Origin: Candidatus Obscuribacterales bacterium
GTDB taxonomy: Bacteria > Cyanobacteriota > Vampirovibrionia > Obscuribacterales > Obscuribacteraceae
NCBI GenBank assembly: GCA_965228855.1
Contig: CBDDIJ010000002.1
Location: 1,952,001 to 2,016,000 of the forward strand
Reading direction: 5' to 3'
DNA: 64,000 nucleotides
Made by a program: the position numbers and the translations under genes. The notes beneath the pieces were generated by a model, which did not search any database, was not told the origin of the DNA, and was given only the letters and a program-made list of their open reading frames with translations. Of this stretch, positions 38,089-47,700 are shown one piece after another; the stretch's first letter is position 1, and each line of letters begins with the position of its first letter.

Positions 38089-39132
38089 GTGAAAGCCTCT
38101 AAATATCAATTGCCGGCCGTTCTTGCAGTCTTCTCTGTACTTGTTTCGGCTATGCCATCTTCAGCTCAACTTCCGCCTGTCAACTGGGGCAAGTCTGTTC
38201 ACGGACCCGGTGATAACCAGTACGTAGGCGATCAACAAGGCATGAGACATCCGCCGAATACGACACCAACTCGCCCGCAGGTCGTGCCCATGATGGGTGG
38301 CGGCGGAGGCGGTGGTGGAGGTCCGGTCGCATACAGGCCTACTCCGAAGCGTCCGAAACCAGACATCTCCCTTCAGCCGATTCCAGCTGATGAACCTGTG
38401 GCTCCTCCAGGGTTTCCTCCTCTTCCCGATCGTCTTGATCTGCCCGGCGTAGATCAGGTTACATCCACCTTCTCCAGTTCTGGTGGTGGCGGCGCAGGCG
38501 GCGGCGGTTCGATGGGCGGCGGTGGTGGCGGCGGCGGACCGATGGGCGGTGGCTCAAACGTCAATCCATTTCAAGGCAAGAAGCAAGGCTATGCCCACTA
38601 TGAACCCGGCTCCTTCTCCGGCCAGTCCAGAGGCGGTGGTGGCGGTGCGTCGCCGATGAGTGGTGGTGGTGGCGGTGCTGTCGGAGACTTCCATCAGCAC
38701 TACAACCACAGTGCACCCGGCTCGTTTGCAGAGCCTCAACAGAAAGGTGTCGGTTATTACAAATGCCGTGAGGCCGCTCCACAAAGCAAACCAGTAGCAT
38801 TTGAAGAGTCATTCGGATCAGATTCGGCTAACAAACCGCCTGCATATGCAGGTGCCAGCGCGGCTGACCTGAAGAAGCTCGGTCGTGAGCCAAAGCTCAA
38901 CGATAGACAGAACGGCGGAGATTCTCAGCCCGAAGCTCCCACGCCAGTTTCCATCAACCAGGCTGCCACGCAAGACCTCTCTCTGCCGGACGATGAGTTC
39001 CGTTCGCGCAGACCGCCTAACAAGGCAGGCAAAGTGCTCGGCAGGATCGGACGTCGCATCGGCAATCGCGCCGGCGCAATGATGAACCAGGGGATGAACA
39101 TGGCAACCATGGGACTGACGAGCGGTAGATAA
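38089..39132 (+). CDS. Gly/Pro-rich secreted hypothetical protein
   Basis: GTG 38089 after GGAGG (ORF track starts at 38062); signal peptide ending MPSSA; poly-Gly tracts. Confidence 0.7.
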   Translation: MKASKYQLPAVLAVFSVLVSAMPSSAQLPPVNWGKSVHGPGDNQYVGDQQGMRHPPNTTPTRPQVVPMMGGGGGGGGGPVAYRPTPKRPKPDISLQPIPADEPVAPPGFPPLPDRLDLPGVDQVTSTFSSSGGGGAGGGGSMGGGGGGGGPMGGGSNVNPFQGKKQGYAHYEPGSFSGQSRGGGGGASPMSGGGGGAVGDFHQHYNHSAPGSFAEPQQKGVGYYKCREAAPQSKPVAFEESFGSDSANKPPAYAGASAADLKKLGREPKLNDRQNGGDSQPEAPTPVSINQAATQDLSLPDDEFRSRRPPNKAGKVLGRIGRRIGNRAGAMMNQGMNMATMGLTSGR

Positions 39133-39162
39133 CTCACTGGCTAGGCGAAGGAGATTTGAACT

Positions 39163-39867
39163 ATGAGGAAGACAATGAAGCACGGTTTACTAGCATTAAC
39201 CCTTTTAATCGGTACTGTATGCGGTGCCCAATCAGCTTCTGCGCAAGGTGGATTTTCAGGTCATATTCAGCAAAATAAGTTGGACAAAACCAAGTTTTTC
39301 AATGCACCAAGACAGATGCAAATCCTGGACGAGCGTCCTATTATCAAGGATTTCCGGGAAGCACCCGCTTCGTCTCCGATGATTGCGCTGCCTCCTGGTC
39401 CGCAGGGGAATATGGGCGGGTACGGCGGAAATGGCGCTGGCGCCCTCGGTGATGTTCCATCCGGTGGCGGTCCTGGCAGCGCTCCTGTACAGCTGGGCGG
39501 ACCCGGAGTACAACCCTATCGCAACGCTGACAGCGGCGGTCAACTTCCACTGCCCAAGTCCGGTTTCAACGGACCCTCAAACATTCCGGCTCGTGGACTC
39601 GGACCGAAAGGACCGTTAGCTGATGCAACCAGCACCAACCGTTTGATGGGCAAGATGATGAAACCGAAAGAGCAGATCGGCGGAACCTATCCGGCCGGTA
39701 GTCTCGGTGGCGGCCGCGGGCGTTCCATAAGTAAGGGACCAGCCGCGCCGGTCGCCGCTTCCTACGGAAGCAACTACGGAACGGGCTCGGGCAGCGGAAC
39801 TTCAAGCGGAAGCGCCGGACGCACCGATACTATGGTTCGCGGTACTCTGCTCGGCAAGACTAAATAA
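39163..39867 (+). CDS. Gly/Pro-rich secreted hypothetical protein
   Basis: AAGGAG RBS; signal peptide ending AQSASA; mostly low complexity. Confidence 0.72.
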   Translation: MRKTMKHGLLALTLLIGTVCGAQSASAQGGFSGHIQQNKLDKTKFFNAPRQMQILDERPIIKDFREAPASSPMIALPPGPQGNMGGYGGNGAGALGDVPSGGGPGSAPVQLGGPGVQPYRNADSGGQLPLPKSGFNGPSNIPARGLGPKGPLADATSTNRLMGKMMKPKEQIGGTYPAGSLGGGRGRSISKGPAAPVAASYGSNYGTGSGSGTSSGSAGRTDTMVRGTLLGKTK

Positions 39868-39894
39868 TAGAAACCCAGACCATTTAGAGGATAA

Positions 39895-41898
39895 ATGCGA
39901 CTAGTACAGACCACCCTCCTGATCCTTCTTAGCGGCTGCCTATGCAGCTGCGGAATGGGTTCCGGCTCTGACAAAGTAGCCGAAGGAAATCAGGGCGGTG
40001 GTCGTTCTGGCGTTCTCGGACGCATGCACCCCAAGGCGAGTGCCGAGACCGTCGAAGAGCTAAAGGCTGCCGAGGCGCAAGCACGCGAAGAACAAATGCG
40101 CCTGGCACAACAGAATCAGCAGGCCAGCATGAACGGCATGGGGCGAGTGCTTCCACCGGTGTCGACCGACCCGATCGCAGGGGGACTGAACGCCGCTCAA
40201 GCTGATGGGCCGATTGCCAACAATTACACACCGACTTCGAATCCGACGGCCAACGCTCTTGCTTCGGCTGCGGCTCAATCGAACAACGGTAACAGTTCCA
40301 CAATCAGTTCGAGCACCGTTACTCCTGCAAAGGATCTCGGAACTTCGATGGAAGCTCCGCCAGCGCAAATGGAAGCGGCAACATATTCCCAACACTATAT
40401 GTCGGGCAGCGTGCCACCACCGCCTCCTGGTGCTGTCGCCGGAGGCCTGGTTCCGCCACCACCGGCAGTGACGCTTTCGACTAACGCCGCGATGGCCTAT
40501 GGTGGCCAAGACAGCAATCCTTATGCGAATCCGTACATGAATCCATACGCGATTCCATATCCTCAGTATCAGCAGTTTCAACAGGCGCCACCGCCCATGA
40601 TGCAGCCGCCTCCGCAGGCGGAACCTCAGCAGCGTCCGCAAGGCTTGTTTGGAAGCGGTAAAAAACGTGTCGTCGATGAGGATGATGACGAAGACGCGTC
40701 GGAAACAAAAGCGGATAAGAAAGAAACTGAGTTTGTCCCAATTCGTCCAACCGGCATGGAAGCTCGATCGCCTTACAAGCAGAAGGATGATTTGAAACTT
40801 CTCTGGACCGGTGCTCTCAATACTTACCAGATGCAGAAGCTCCAGGAGCGTGATAAAGAGCTCAACTTCATCCTCAAAAAGGTTGATGTCGGTTTGCCTC
40901 CTGATTCATCAAAGGGCATGTTTACCGTCGCGCCGAGGCGCGTACAGTCTATTTTCCGTCCGATTGCATCGGAGAGGAAGTCCATAGAACAGGTTCGAAA
41001 AGTACAGTTCGACATCGTGCAGGCTTATTACCGTTACCTGTACGCGTACAACAAGTATGCGATTCAACAACAGACGGTTCAAGCAAGAAAGCAAGAGATC
41101 GAAGTAGCAAGTTCGCGCGCAGAGAAGCAACGTGCCGAAGCCGATATGGCACGTGCTCAGGATGCTGCGCAATCAGCGACTGAAGACATGCGTGCCGCTC
41201 AAGAAGAGTTGGCTGCAACGGCGGGCGCGCAATCTGCGCGTACAGTTATCGGCAGAATATCTGGTATCACTCCCAGCGTCCAGGCTCTGGCTCAAGCGGA
41301 GAAATCCGCCGAGCCAATCGAAGTTGATTCGAAGAAGACTGGCTCGGGCGGCGGTATGTTTGGCGGTATGGGGAACTTCCTCTGGGGTGGCAACAAGGAA
41401 TCGAAGACTGAGTCTGTAGAAACCGCGAAGGCACCCAAAGAAAAAAGTCCGAAAGTAAAACCGGACAAGAAAGGAAAAAAGAGCGCAGATCCAGCTGAGG
41501 AAAAAGAAGACCTCACTCCTTCACGCTCTGTTGCTATGAAAAACACCAAACGCGAACCCGAGAGGCAAGCGCCTCCGGAACGAGCGGTTTCAAACAGTCC
41601 AATCAACTTCGAGTTGAAGGACATTGAAATCACCGCCCGCAAGTCAATCTTGACTGTTGCTATTCGCAATACAGGCTCCGAAAACTTCAAGTTCACACCC
41701 GAAGCAATCTCGATTGCCGAAGGTGACAAGAAGATTGCCGAAGCCTCTATGCGAGCCGAGTTCGATTCAACATCCGTGAAGCCCAATGGGGAGGTACAAG
41801 GAAAAATAACTATCTTTGGACGTCCATGGAATGACCGACTTTCGGTCATCATGTCTGACGGTTCCAACAACATACAACTGAAGCGCAACCATAACTGA
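39895..41898 (+). CDS. Putative lipoprotein with a long helical region and C-terminal beta-sandwich domain
   Basis: Lipobox-like LLSGCLCSC; helical stretch DIVQAYYRYLYA...QRAEADMARAQ; C-terminal LTVAIRNTGSENF...VKPNGEVQGKITIF. Confidence 0.65.
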   Translation: MRLVQTTLLILLSGCLCSCGMGSGSDKVAEGNQGGGRSGVLGRMHPKASAETVEELKAAEAQAREEQMRLAQQNQQASMNGMGRVLPPVSTDPIAGGLNAAQADGPIANNYTPTSNPTANALASAAAQSNNGNSSTISSSTVTPAKDLGTSMEAPPAQMEAATYSQHYMSGSVPPPPPGAVAGGLVPPPPAVTLSTNAAMAYGGQDSNPYANPYMNPYAIPYPQYQQFQQAPPPMMQPPPQAEPQQRPQGLFGSGKKRVVDEDDDEDASETKADKKETEFVPIRPTGMEARSPYKQKDDLKLLWTGALNTYQMQKLQERDKELNFILKKVDVGLPPDSSKGMFTVAPRRVQSIFRPIASERKSIEQVRKVQFDIVQAYYRYLYAYNKYAIQQQTVQARKQEIEVASSRAEKQRAEADMARAQDAAQSATEDMRAAQEELAATAGAQSARTVIGRISGITPSVQALAQAEKSAEPIEVDSKKTGSGGGMFGGMGNFLWGGNKESKTESVETAKAPKEKSPKVKPDKKGKKSADPAEEKEDLTPSRSVAMKNTKREPERQAPPERAVSNSPINFELKDIEITARKSILTVAIRNTGSENFKFTPEAISIAEGDKKIAEASMRAEFDSTSVKPNGEVQGKITIFGRPWNDRLSVIMSDGSNNIQLKRNHN

Positions 41899-41986
41899 AG
41901 GGGTCTTTGCTTATCGCTGCAAAGCCCGTAAGTTCACTCACATTTAAGCTGCACTAAAACCACTCCGCTCACTTCAGGTAAGAAGA

Positions 41987-44716
41987 ATGATCATACTGCG
42001 CCAAGCATTGGATCGCCGCGCCCGTATTTCGTCCGTGATACGTGCGTTGGTTTTGATGATATTTATGGTGACTCTGAGCACGGCAGATGCTCAGGCTCAA
42101 CAACAGGCCGGCGGTAATACCAACACCGGTAAAGACGAAGGCGCAGCAATCGATCCGAACACAAACAACATGACCGGTTGGTCGACCCGTGACAATTATT
42201 TCAAACGTTATCCTTTTGCTTCAAGCGCATATCAACACGATCAAAAATCGCTCCATCACAGAGGAACCGTAGAGAACGCAGGTAATACTTCGTTCCTAGA
42301 TGGGCTGTTCGGTGATGGTTCGGACAGCGACTTCAGCTCGTTGTTCGGAGGAAGCAGCAATCCGACTTCGCAGGCTCCGGTGGAAAGGCTTCAGCAGTCC
42401 GATCCGCCCGCTGCCGGTTCTCCAGTTACGGCCTACCCTTTCTACATCAAATTTTGCAATGACAATCCTTACCAGGGCGTCTGCTACTGGCAGATGGGTG
42501 AAGCTGTCGACACTCCAGCAGCCGCTCGAGATATGGAACTGTTCGAAAACGTTCTCACAACATTTGGTTATCCCGTATCCGACACTCAGTTTCAAATCAT
42601 CCAGCGCGAAAACTTTCAGCGCTTACTAGAACTGCTCTACGATCCGGAGCGCAATACCTGGATGATGACGAACACCGCGCAAATTGCCGGTGCGTCTGCG
42701 TCCAACAGTCTGGCATCAGCTTCTGAAAATGCCTGGAATACTTGTCTCGATTACATAATGGACGGCGCTGATGGAACCGGAGTTCTGATCAACGTTGCCA
42801 ACGAACGCTCCGCCACACCGATCGCCAATCCGAACGTACTTTACAAGCAGGTTTCGGAAGCCATCTATATGGTCCAACGGATGTATCGCGAAGTTTTTGT
42901 GCCGATGGCGATCCTGTTCCTTCTGCCCGGTGCAGTGGTCACACAGGTGAAGGCGACCGTCCGGCAGGGCTTCAACATCGAGCAAACTCCGAATCCGTTT
43001 GAAGGAATTCTTCGTTCAATTATCGCTGTATTTTTGATACCAGCCACCCAGGTCATCGTGAGCTACTCAATCGATGTCGGTAATTCGATGGCTGATGCGT
43101 GTAAGGAGTGGGTGGACATTCCTCTTATTCTCGACTGGTCGCACGAACTGACTTATAACGTTAAACCCGAGAATCATAAAAACGTGATCTCTCCGCCGGA
43201 GGCTCAAGGTGGCGTAGGTGGTGCGGCTGCAGGCGGTGGCGGTGCGACCGGCGGTGGTGGCGGCGGCGGACTCCTCGGTGGGCTCACTTCTGCTATAGGC
43301 GGGCTATTCGGTGGCTTAGGATCTTGGATCAGCGGCTTGTTTGGAGCACTGATGGCTCCATTTATTGCAGCGTTCGACGGACTATTCGGGTCGGGCGGTG
43401 ACGGTATCGCCGCGAACATTCCTGAGAACCAAACAATCCATGAAGACCAGCTTGCATTGTCGCAGTACTATCAGGGAATGGTGAACGGAACAGTATTTTT
43501 CGTTTCCCTGACGATCATCATGTTGACCGCGTTTCAGCTGGTCTACATTTGCTACCTTTACCTTCTCGGACCGCTCTCGGCAGCTCTCTTCGCCTGGCCA
43601 ATCGTAAGTTCCAGGAGTTATTTTCGAGCTGTGTTCGGAAAGTGGGTCGAGGCTATCATCTGTATCTCCCTCTGGCGATTCTACTGGGTGACAGCACTTG
43701 CGATTATGACCCAGCGCCTTGTTTACATAGGTGGTGGAAAATTCGGGACCGGCGACTTGCAATGGGAAGCAATCATATTCTGTTGCTCGCTCGGTCTCAT
43801 GCTCTGGTCCGCGATGAATCCGTTTATCTACGATCCAGCAAATGCAGCAGGTAACATCGACAGTACGGCCAAGACCGGTCAGAGCCTCGGTGGTGGTGCC
43901 GGTGGTGGCGGCGGCGGCGGTGATGCCGGTGGCGGTGGCGGTGGCGGTGGAGGTGACGGCGGCGGTGGCGGTGACAACACGCCGCAAGTACCGAGCCAGA
44001 CTGCACCATCAGCACCAAGTACCGCCGGCGGTGGCAGTACGACAAACAACACCACAACGTCTTCTTCCGGACCAGGCGGTGCCGAAAGTAATCAGACCGT
44101 GGCACTATCATCCAGCTCCTCTGGCGGACCTGACGGCGGTGGTGGAGGATCGGATTCCGATAATTCCAGCAGCAGTGGTGGACCGCAGGGCACTCAAGGT
44201 CCTGATTCTGCCAGCCCCGACACATCACTCCCGCCCTCGGCATCTTCTGATGGTGCCGGAGCGGGCGGCAGTGGCTCGGGCGACGCTGGTGGACCTGGCG
44301 GATCAGACGGTGGAGGTGCTCCGGATGTCGCCAACTTGCCACCATCCGCCGATGGCGGTGGCGGCGGCGGTGGTGATGCCGGCGGCGGTGGTGGAGAAGC
44401 TATGCAAGCTGGCGCGGATTGCGGTTTGCCGACCTCTGCTATGCCGTCTGACGGCCCGCCTGTAGGTCTTGGACCCTCATCCGCAGGACCGTCTGCCGTA
44501 TGCAATAGCAACGCAGATTACGCATCGGCTGCTGCTTCTGCGGCGGCGCAAGGAGCGACTGCAGCGGGTGGAGCTGCATCCGGTGCCGGTAGTGCCGGCG
44601 AGGTTGCGCTCAACATCGACGTATCGGGAACTGGCGGCGACGACTCCGGTGGCGGCTCGCCACCGCAGGCTGCACCACCTGTGCCACCACCTCCTAGCTT
44701 CGGCGAAGACGCGTAA
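41987..44716 (+). CDS. Extended VirB6/TrbL-like membrane protein with a Gly/Ser/Asp-rich tail
   Basis: Signal peptide; TM core with IVSYSIDVGNSM and YLYLLGPLSAALFAWP...FGKW, resembling TrbL/VirB6; located upstream of PrgI-like and VirB4 genes. Confidence 0.6.
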   Translation: MIILRQALDRRARISSVIRALVLMIFMVTLSTADAQAQQQAGGNTNTGKDEGAAIDPNTNNMTGWSTRDNYFKRYPFASSAYQHDQKSLHHRGTVENAGNTSFLDGLFGDGSDSDFSSLFGGSSNPTSQAPVERLQQSDPPAAGSPVTAYPFYIKFCNDNPYQGVCYWQMGEAVDTPAAARDMELFENVLTTFGYPVSDTQFQIIQRENFQRLLELLYDPERNTWMMTNTAQIAGASASNSLASASENAWNTCLDYIMDGADGTGVLINVANERSATPIANPNVLYKQVSEAIYMVQRMYREVFVPMAILFLLPGAVVTQVKATVRQGFNIEQTPNPFEGILRSIIAVFLIPATQVIVSYSIDVGNSMADACKEWVDIPLILDWSHELTYNVKPENHKNVISPPEAQGGVGGAAAGGGGATGGGGGGGLLGGLTSAIGGLFGGLGSWISGLFGALMAPFIAAFDGLFGSGGDGIAANIPENQTIHEDQLALSQYYQGMVNGTVFFVSLTIIMLTAFQLVYICYLYLLGPLSAALFAWPIVSSRSYFRAVFGKWVEAIICISLWRFYWVTALAIMTQRLVYIGGGKFGTGDLQWEAIIFCCSLGLMLWSAMNPFIYDPANAAGNIDSTAKTGQSLGGGAGGGGGGGDAGGGGGGGGGDGGGGGDNTPQVPSQTAPSAPSTAGGGSTTNNTTTSSSGPGGAESNQTVALSSSSSGGPDGGGGGSDSDNSSSSGGPQGTQGPDSASPDTSLPPSASSDGAGAGGSGSGDAGGPGGSDGGGAPDVANLPPSADGGGGGGGDAGGGGGEAMQAGADCGLPTSAMPSDGPPVGLGPSSAGPSAVCNSNADYASAAASAAAQGATAAGGAASGAGSAGEVALNIDVSGTGGDDSGGGSPPQAAPPVPPPPSFGEDA

Positions 44717-44729
44717 GGGGGGCGGAATA

Positions 44730-47700
44730 ATGAAAAACACAGAAAAGAAAACTGCCTTCGATACGCCAGAGCCAAAAGCCAATAAGGAAAACGAGACGAT
44801 GAAGACTAATTCAAAAGCAGAAACTTTGAGACCGGGACTCCTGGCTCTCTGTCTTCTGCTTGGTGCGTTTATGTTTTCCAACGTGCAGCAAGCATTCGCT
44901 GCCGGTCCGGACTCAAACCCATTGACCCACTGGGACACTCGCTACAACTACTTCCTGCGATTCCCGGCAGCTGCTCAGCACGGCATCCGGCACCAGTACA
45001 ACCCGCAGGGTGGACATGATGTGGTTGAGAACCAGAGATCAATGGGACCGGGCATGGTCACGCACTCCAAGTCCGGGCAGGTTTATGCGTGGCCTGTGAC
45101 AATCCCGACCGCTGAGTCGGCGGTGCCTACTTTCAGGGATGAAGCTATCCAGGAAAACCTGTTTCAAACATTCGGTTATCCAGTTTCCGATACTCAGTTC
45201 CAGGTGATCGAGCGATACAACCATAACCGTTTTCTCGAACAACTTTACGATCCTGAAAAGGCAATGTGGATGTCAACCTCGATGGCAGGCGTGATGGCAA
45301 ACTCAGCCGGTAACTCTGCTGCAAATATGGGTGTCAACCAGTGCGTCAACGCGATCGATTATGTGCGTCAACCGCTCGCTAACTTTACTGCTGAAGCTGG
45401 AAACATCTGGCAGCGGATAAGGTACGAACTGTTTATTCCGATGGCTGTTCTATTACTCCTCCCGGGAGCTGTGCTTGCGCAGGTGCGTTCGATTGTCGCA
45501 CAAGGCTCCGGAGTGCTAGGAGACGTCAGTCCATTTGAAGGCATCTTGCGTTCGGTAATCGCAATATTCTTGATACCGGGCTCCTTTCTTGTGATCAACT
45601 ACGGAATTGACGTTTCCAACTCGCTTACGTTCACAATTGCCGATGAGTATCATCGAATGTTCGGCAGTGATATGTATGAGGATGCGAAGTGCGCAATTCG
45701 TCGAGCTATGCCGATCAACGACCCTAATTCGAACAGAAATGCGATCGAGCCTCCAATGGAAGCACCGCTTGTCGAGCATGACGTATGGTCTCCTTACGAA
45801 TCATGGGACATAGCCACTCGCTTGTACGATCCATGCGTTGGAGTCGATGAGTCGAGACTTCCTGATGAAGACGTAAACGCTTCGATGATGATCAACCGTT
45901 TGCTGTTCAATACGACTTTGTCCAGCTTAGGCTTGACGTGGAACATTTACTGCGCATTCCAGATGGTCTTCCTTTATTACCTGTGGTGCATGGGACCAAT
46001 TGCCTCTGCATTGTGGGTTTGGCCGATAAACAGGCTGCGCAGTGCATTTGGAAACTGGGTTGAGGGTGTGGTGATCCTCTGTTTCTGGGCGCTGTTCTGG
46101 AACACGTCCATCTTCTTGCTTGCCGCATTCAAAGGAATCGGCGATACCGGTACGGTATACACCGCCGCACTCGTGTTCCTCTGCATCCAATCCGTTAAAT
46201 ACGCTTTTGACTTCGTCAGCCTGGTCGGCAGTGCCGCGGACGGTGCGAGCCAGATGGCTAAGGAAGCTATCGGTCAGCTCTCGCCGAAGAGTGGTGGCGC
46301 CGGTGGTGGCGGTGGCGGCGGAGGCGGTGGTGCGCCGAGCGGAGGATCACGCGGAGGCGGTGGTTCGCGCGGCGGTGGCGGCGGTGGCGGTGGTGGGTCT
46401 ACTCCCAGCGCGCCCAGCACCACGACGAATTCTACTGCCGGTGCTCTCTCGTCCGGCTCGCCAGTCGGTCGAAGCGGGCTGGGAGCCAATCTATCAACTA
46501 TGAGTCCCTCGCCGATGCCTATGCCAGGCGCTGGATCTGGTGGCGCAGGTGGTGGCGCCGGCGGCCCCGGCGGTGCGCCTGGAGGAGCTGCGGGTGCTGC
46601 AGGTCCTGAGGCCGGTCCAGACGGCGGCAAAGGTTCCGGTCCTCCTCCTGGCTCTGGTGACGGACCCGGCGGCGGCAAGGGTGCCGATGGAGAAGGTGGT
46701 TCAGGTACAGGAGCGGCCGCGGGTGCTGCGGCTGCAGCCATCGGTGGTCTGGCGCTTGGTGGTGGAAAAGGCGGCGACGGCGGCGGTGGTGCGCCACCTA
46801 TGTCGAGTGCGGCCTATTCGATGTCCAAGAGTGTGACCAACGTTGGCGGTGATGTGAATTCCGGCGATCTGTCGCAATTGGCCAATCGCAATCAGGACAA
46901 CTCGCTGTTCAACAACACCACTGGAGCGCCTGACGGTGCGGCTGGACCGATGGGTCTGCCTCCGATGGCAGGCGGAGACATGTTGAGCAATGCTGCGATC
47001 AATCAAGCTGGCAACGCTCTCTTCGGAGATGGACCGACAGCGGGTCTGGACAATAAGGCTCTGACCGCGGCGGCGATGCTCAGCGGTCCCGAAGCCTTCA
47101 TGGGCGGAAACAGCGGAATGACCGGACTGCCCAGTGCAGCCGATCGCAACCCGCTGGCAAAGGACCTGGCGCTCGACCAGATGCACACATCCGGTTCGCA
47201 GCATCATGTCATGGCAAACGGTATCGACGCCAGCATGGCAGGAAATCCGCAGGCCGAACTGGCACGCGCCACTACCCAGGATTTGATGAAGCAATCCGGT
47301 ATTGGTGACGAGACTCTCAACAGAGCTCTTGCCGGTGATACGAATGCCACACAGGCAATTCAAGATAAGCTTGGAGTTTCTCCAATGACTCTGGAATTGG
47401 CTCGGGGTGGCGATCCGGGAGCTACCGCTCTGGCTATGGAATCATCCATGCGGGCAAATGGTCATGTCGGCGCGTTGCCCCCGGGCGAGGCTCAGACTCA
47501 AAGAGATCAGCTCTTGCATGCGGCTGCGGTCAATAATGATCCGGTTGCTGCTCGTGAGTTGTTAGCCCGCAACGGAGAGCACACCGTCGCGGCGATGTCT
47601 GCCTCGCAGAGCGTCACGCAGGAGCTTCAGCAAGCCGGAGTAACTCAAGACCAATTCCGTCAGGCGCTCGGCGGTGATGCAAACATGCAGCACATGGTCT

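Noticed and set aside
41900..41927. Hairpin after the lipoprotein gene as a terminator
   Set aside because: Short imperfect stem with no U-tract; insufficient support.
44469..44729. ORF-track extension of the giant gene overlapping the previous gene, suggesting a frameshift fusion
   Set aside because: The extension is an Arg-rich off-frame reading of a Gly/Ala-rich sequence. The second gene has its own ATG after the first stop and its own signal peptide, and I saw no slippery site.
43880..46800. GGCGGT/GGTGGC-rich tracts as DNA repeats or an array
   Set aside because: They encode in-frame poly-Gly linkers. There is no repeat-spacer structure and no cas gene.
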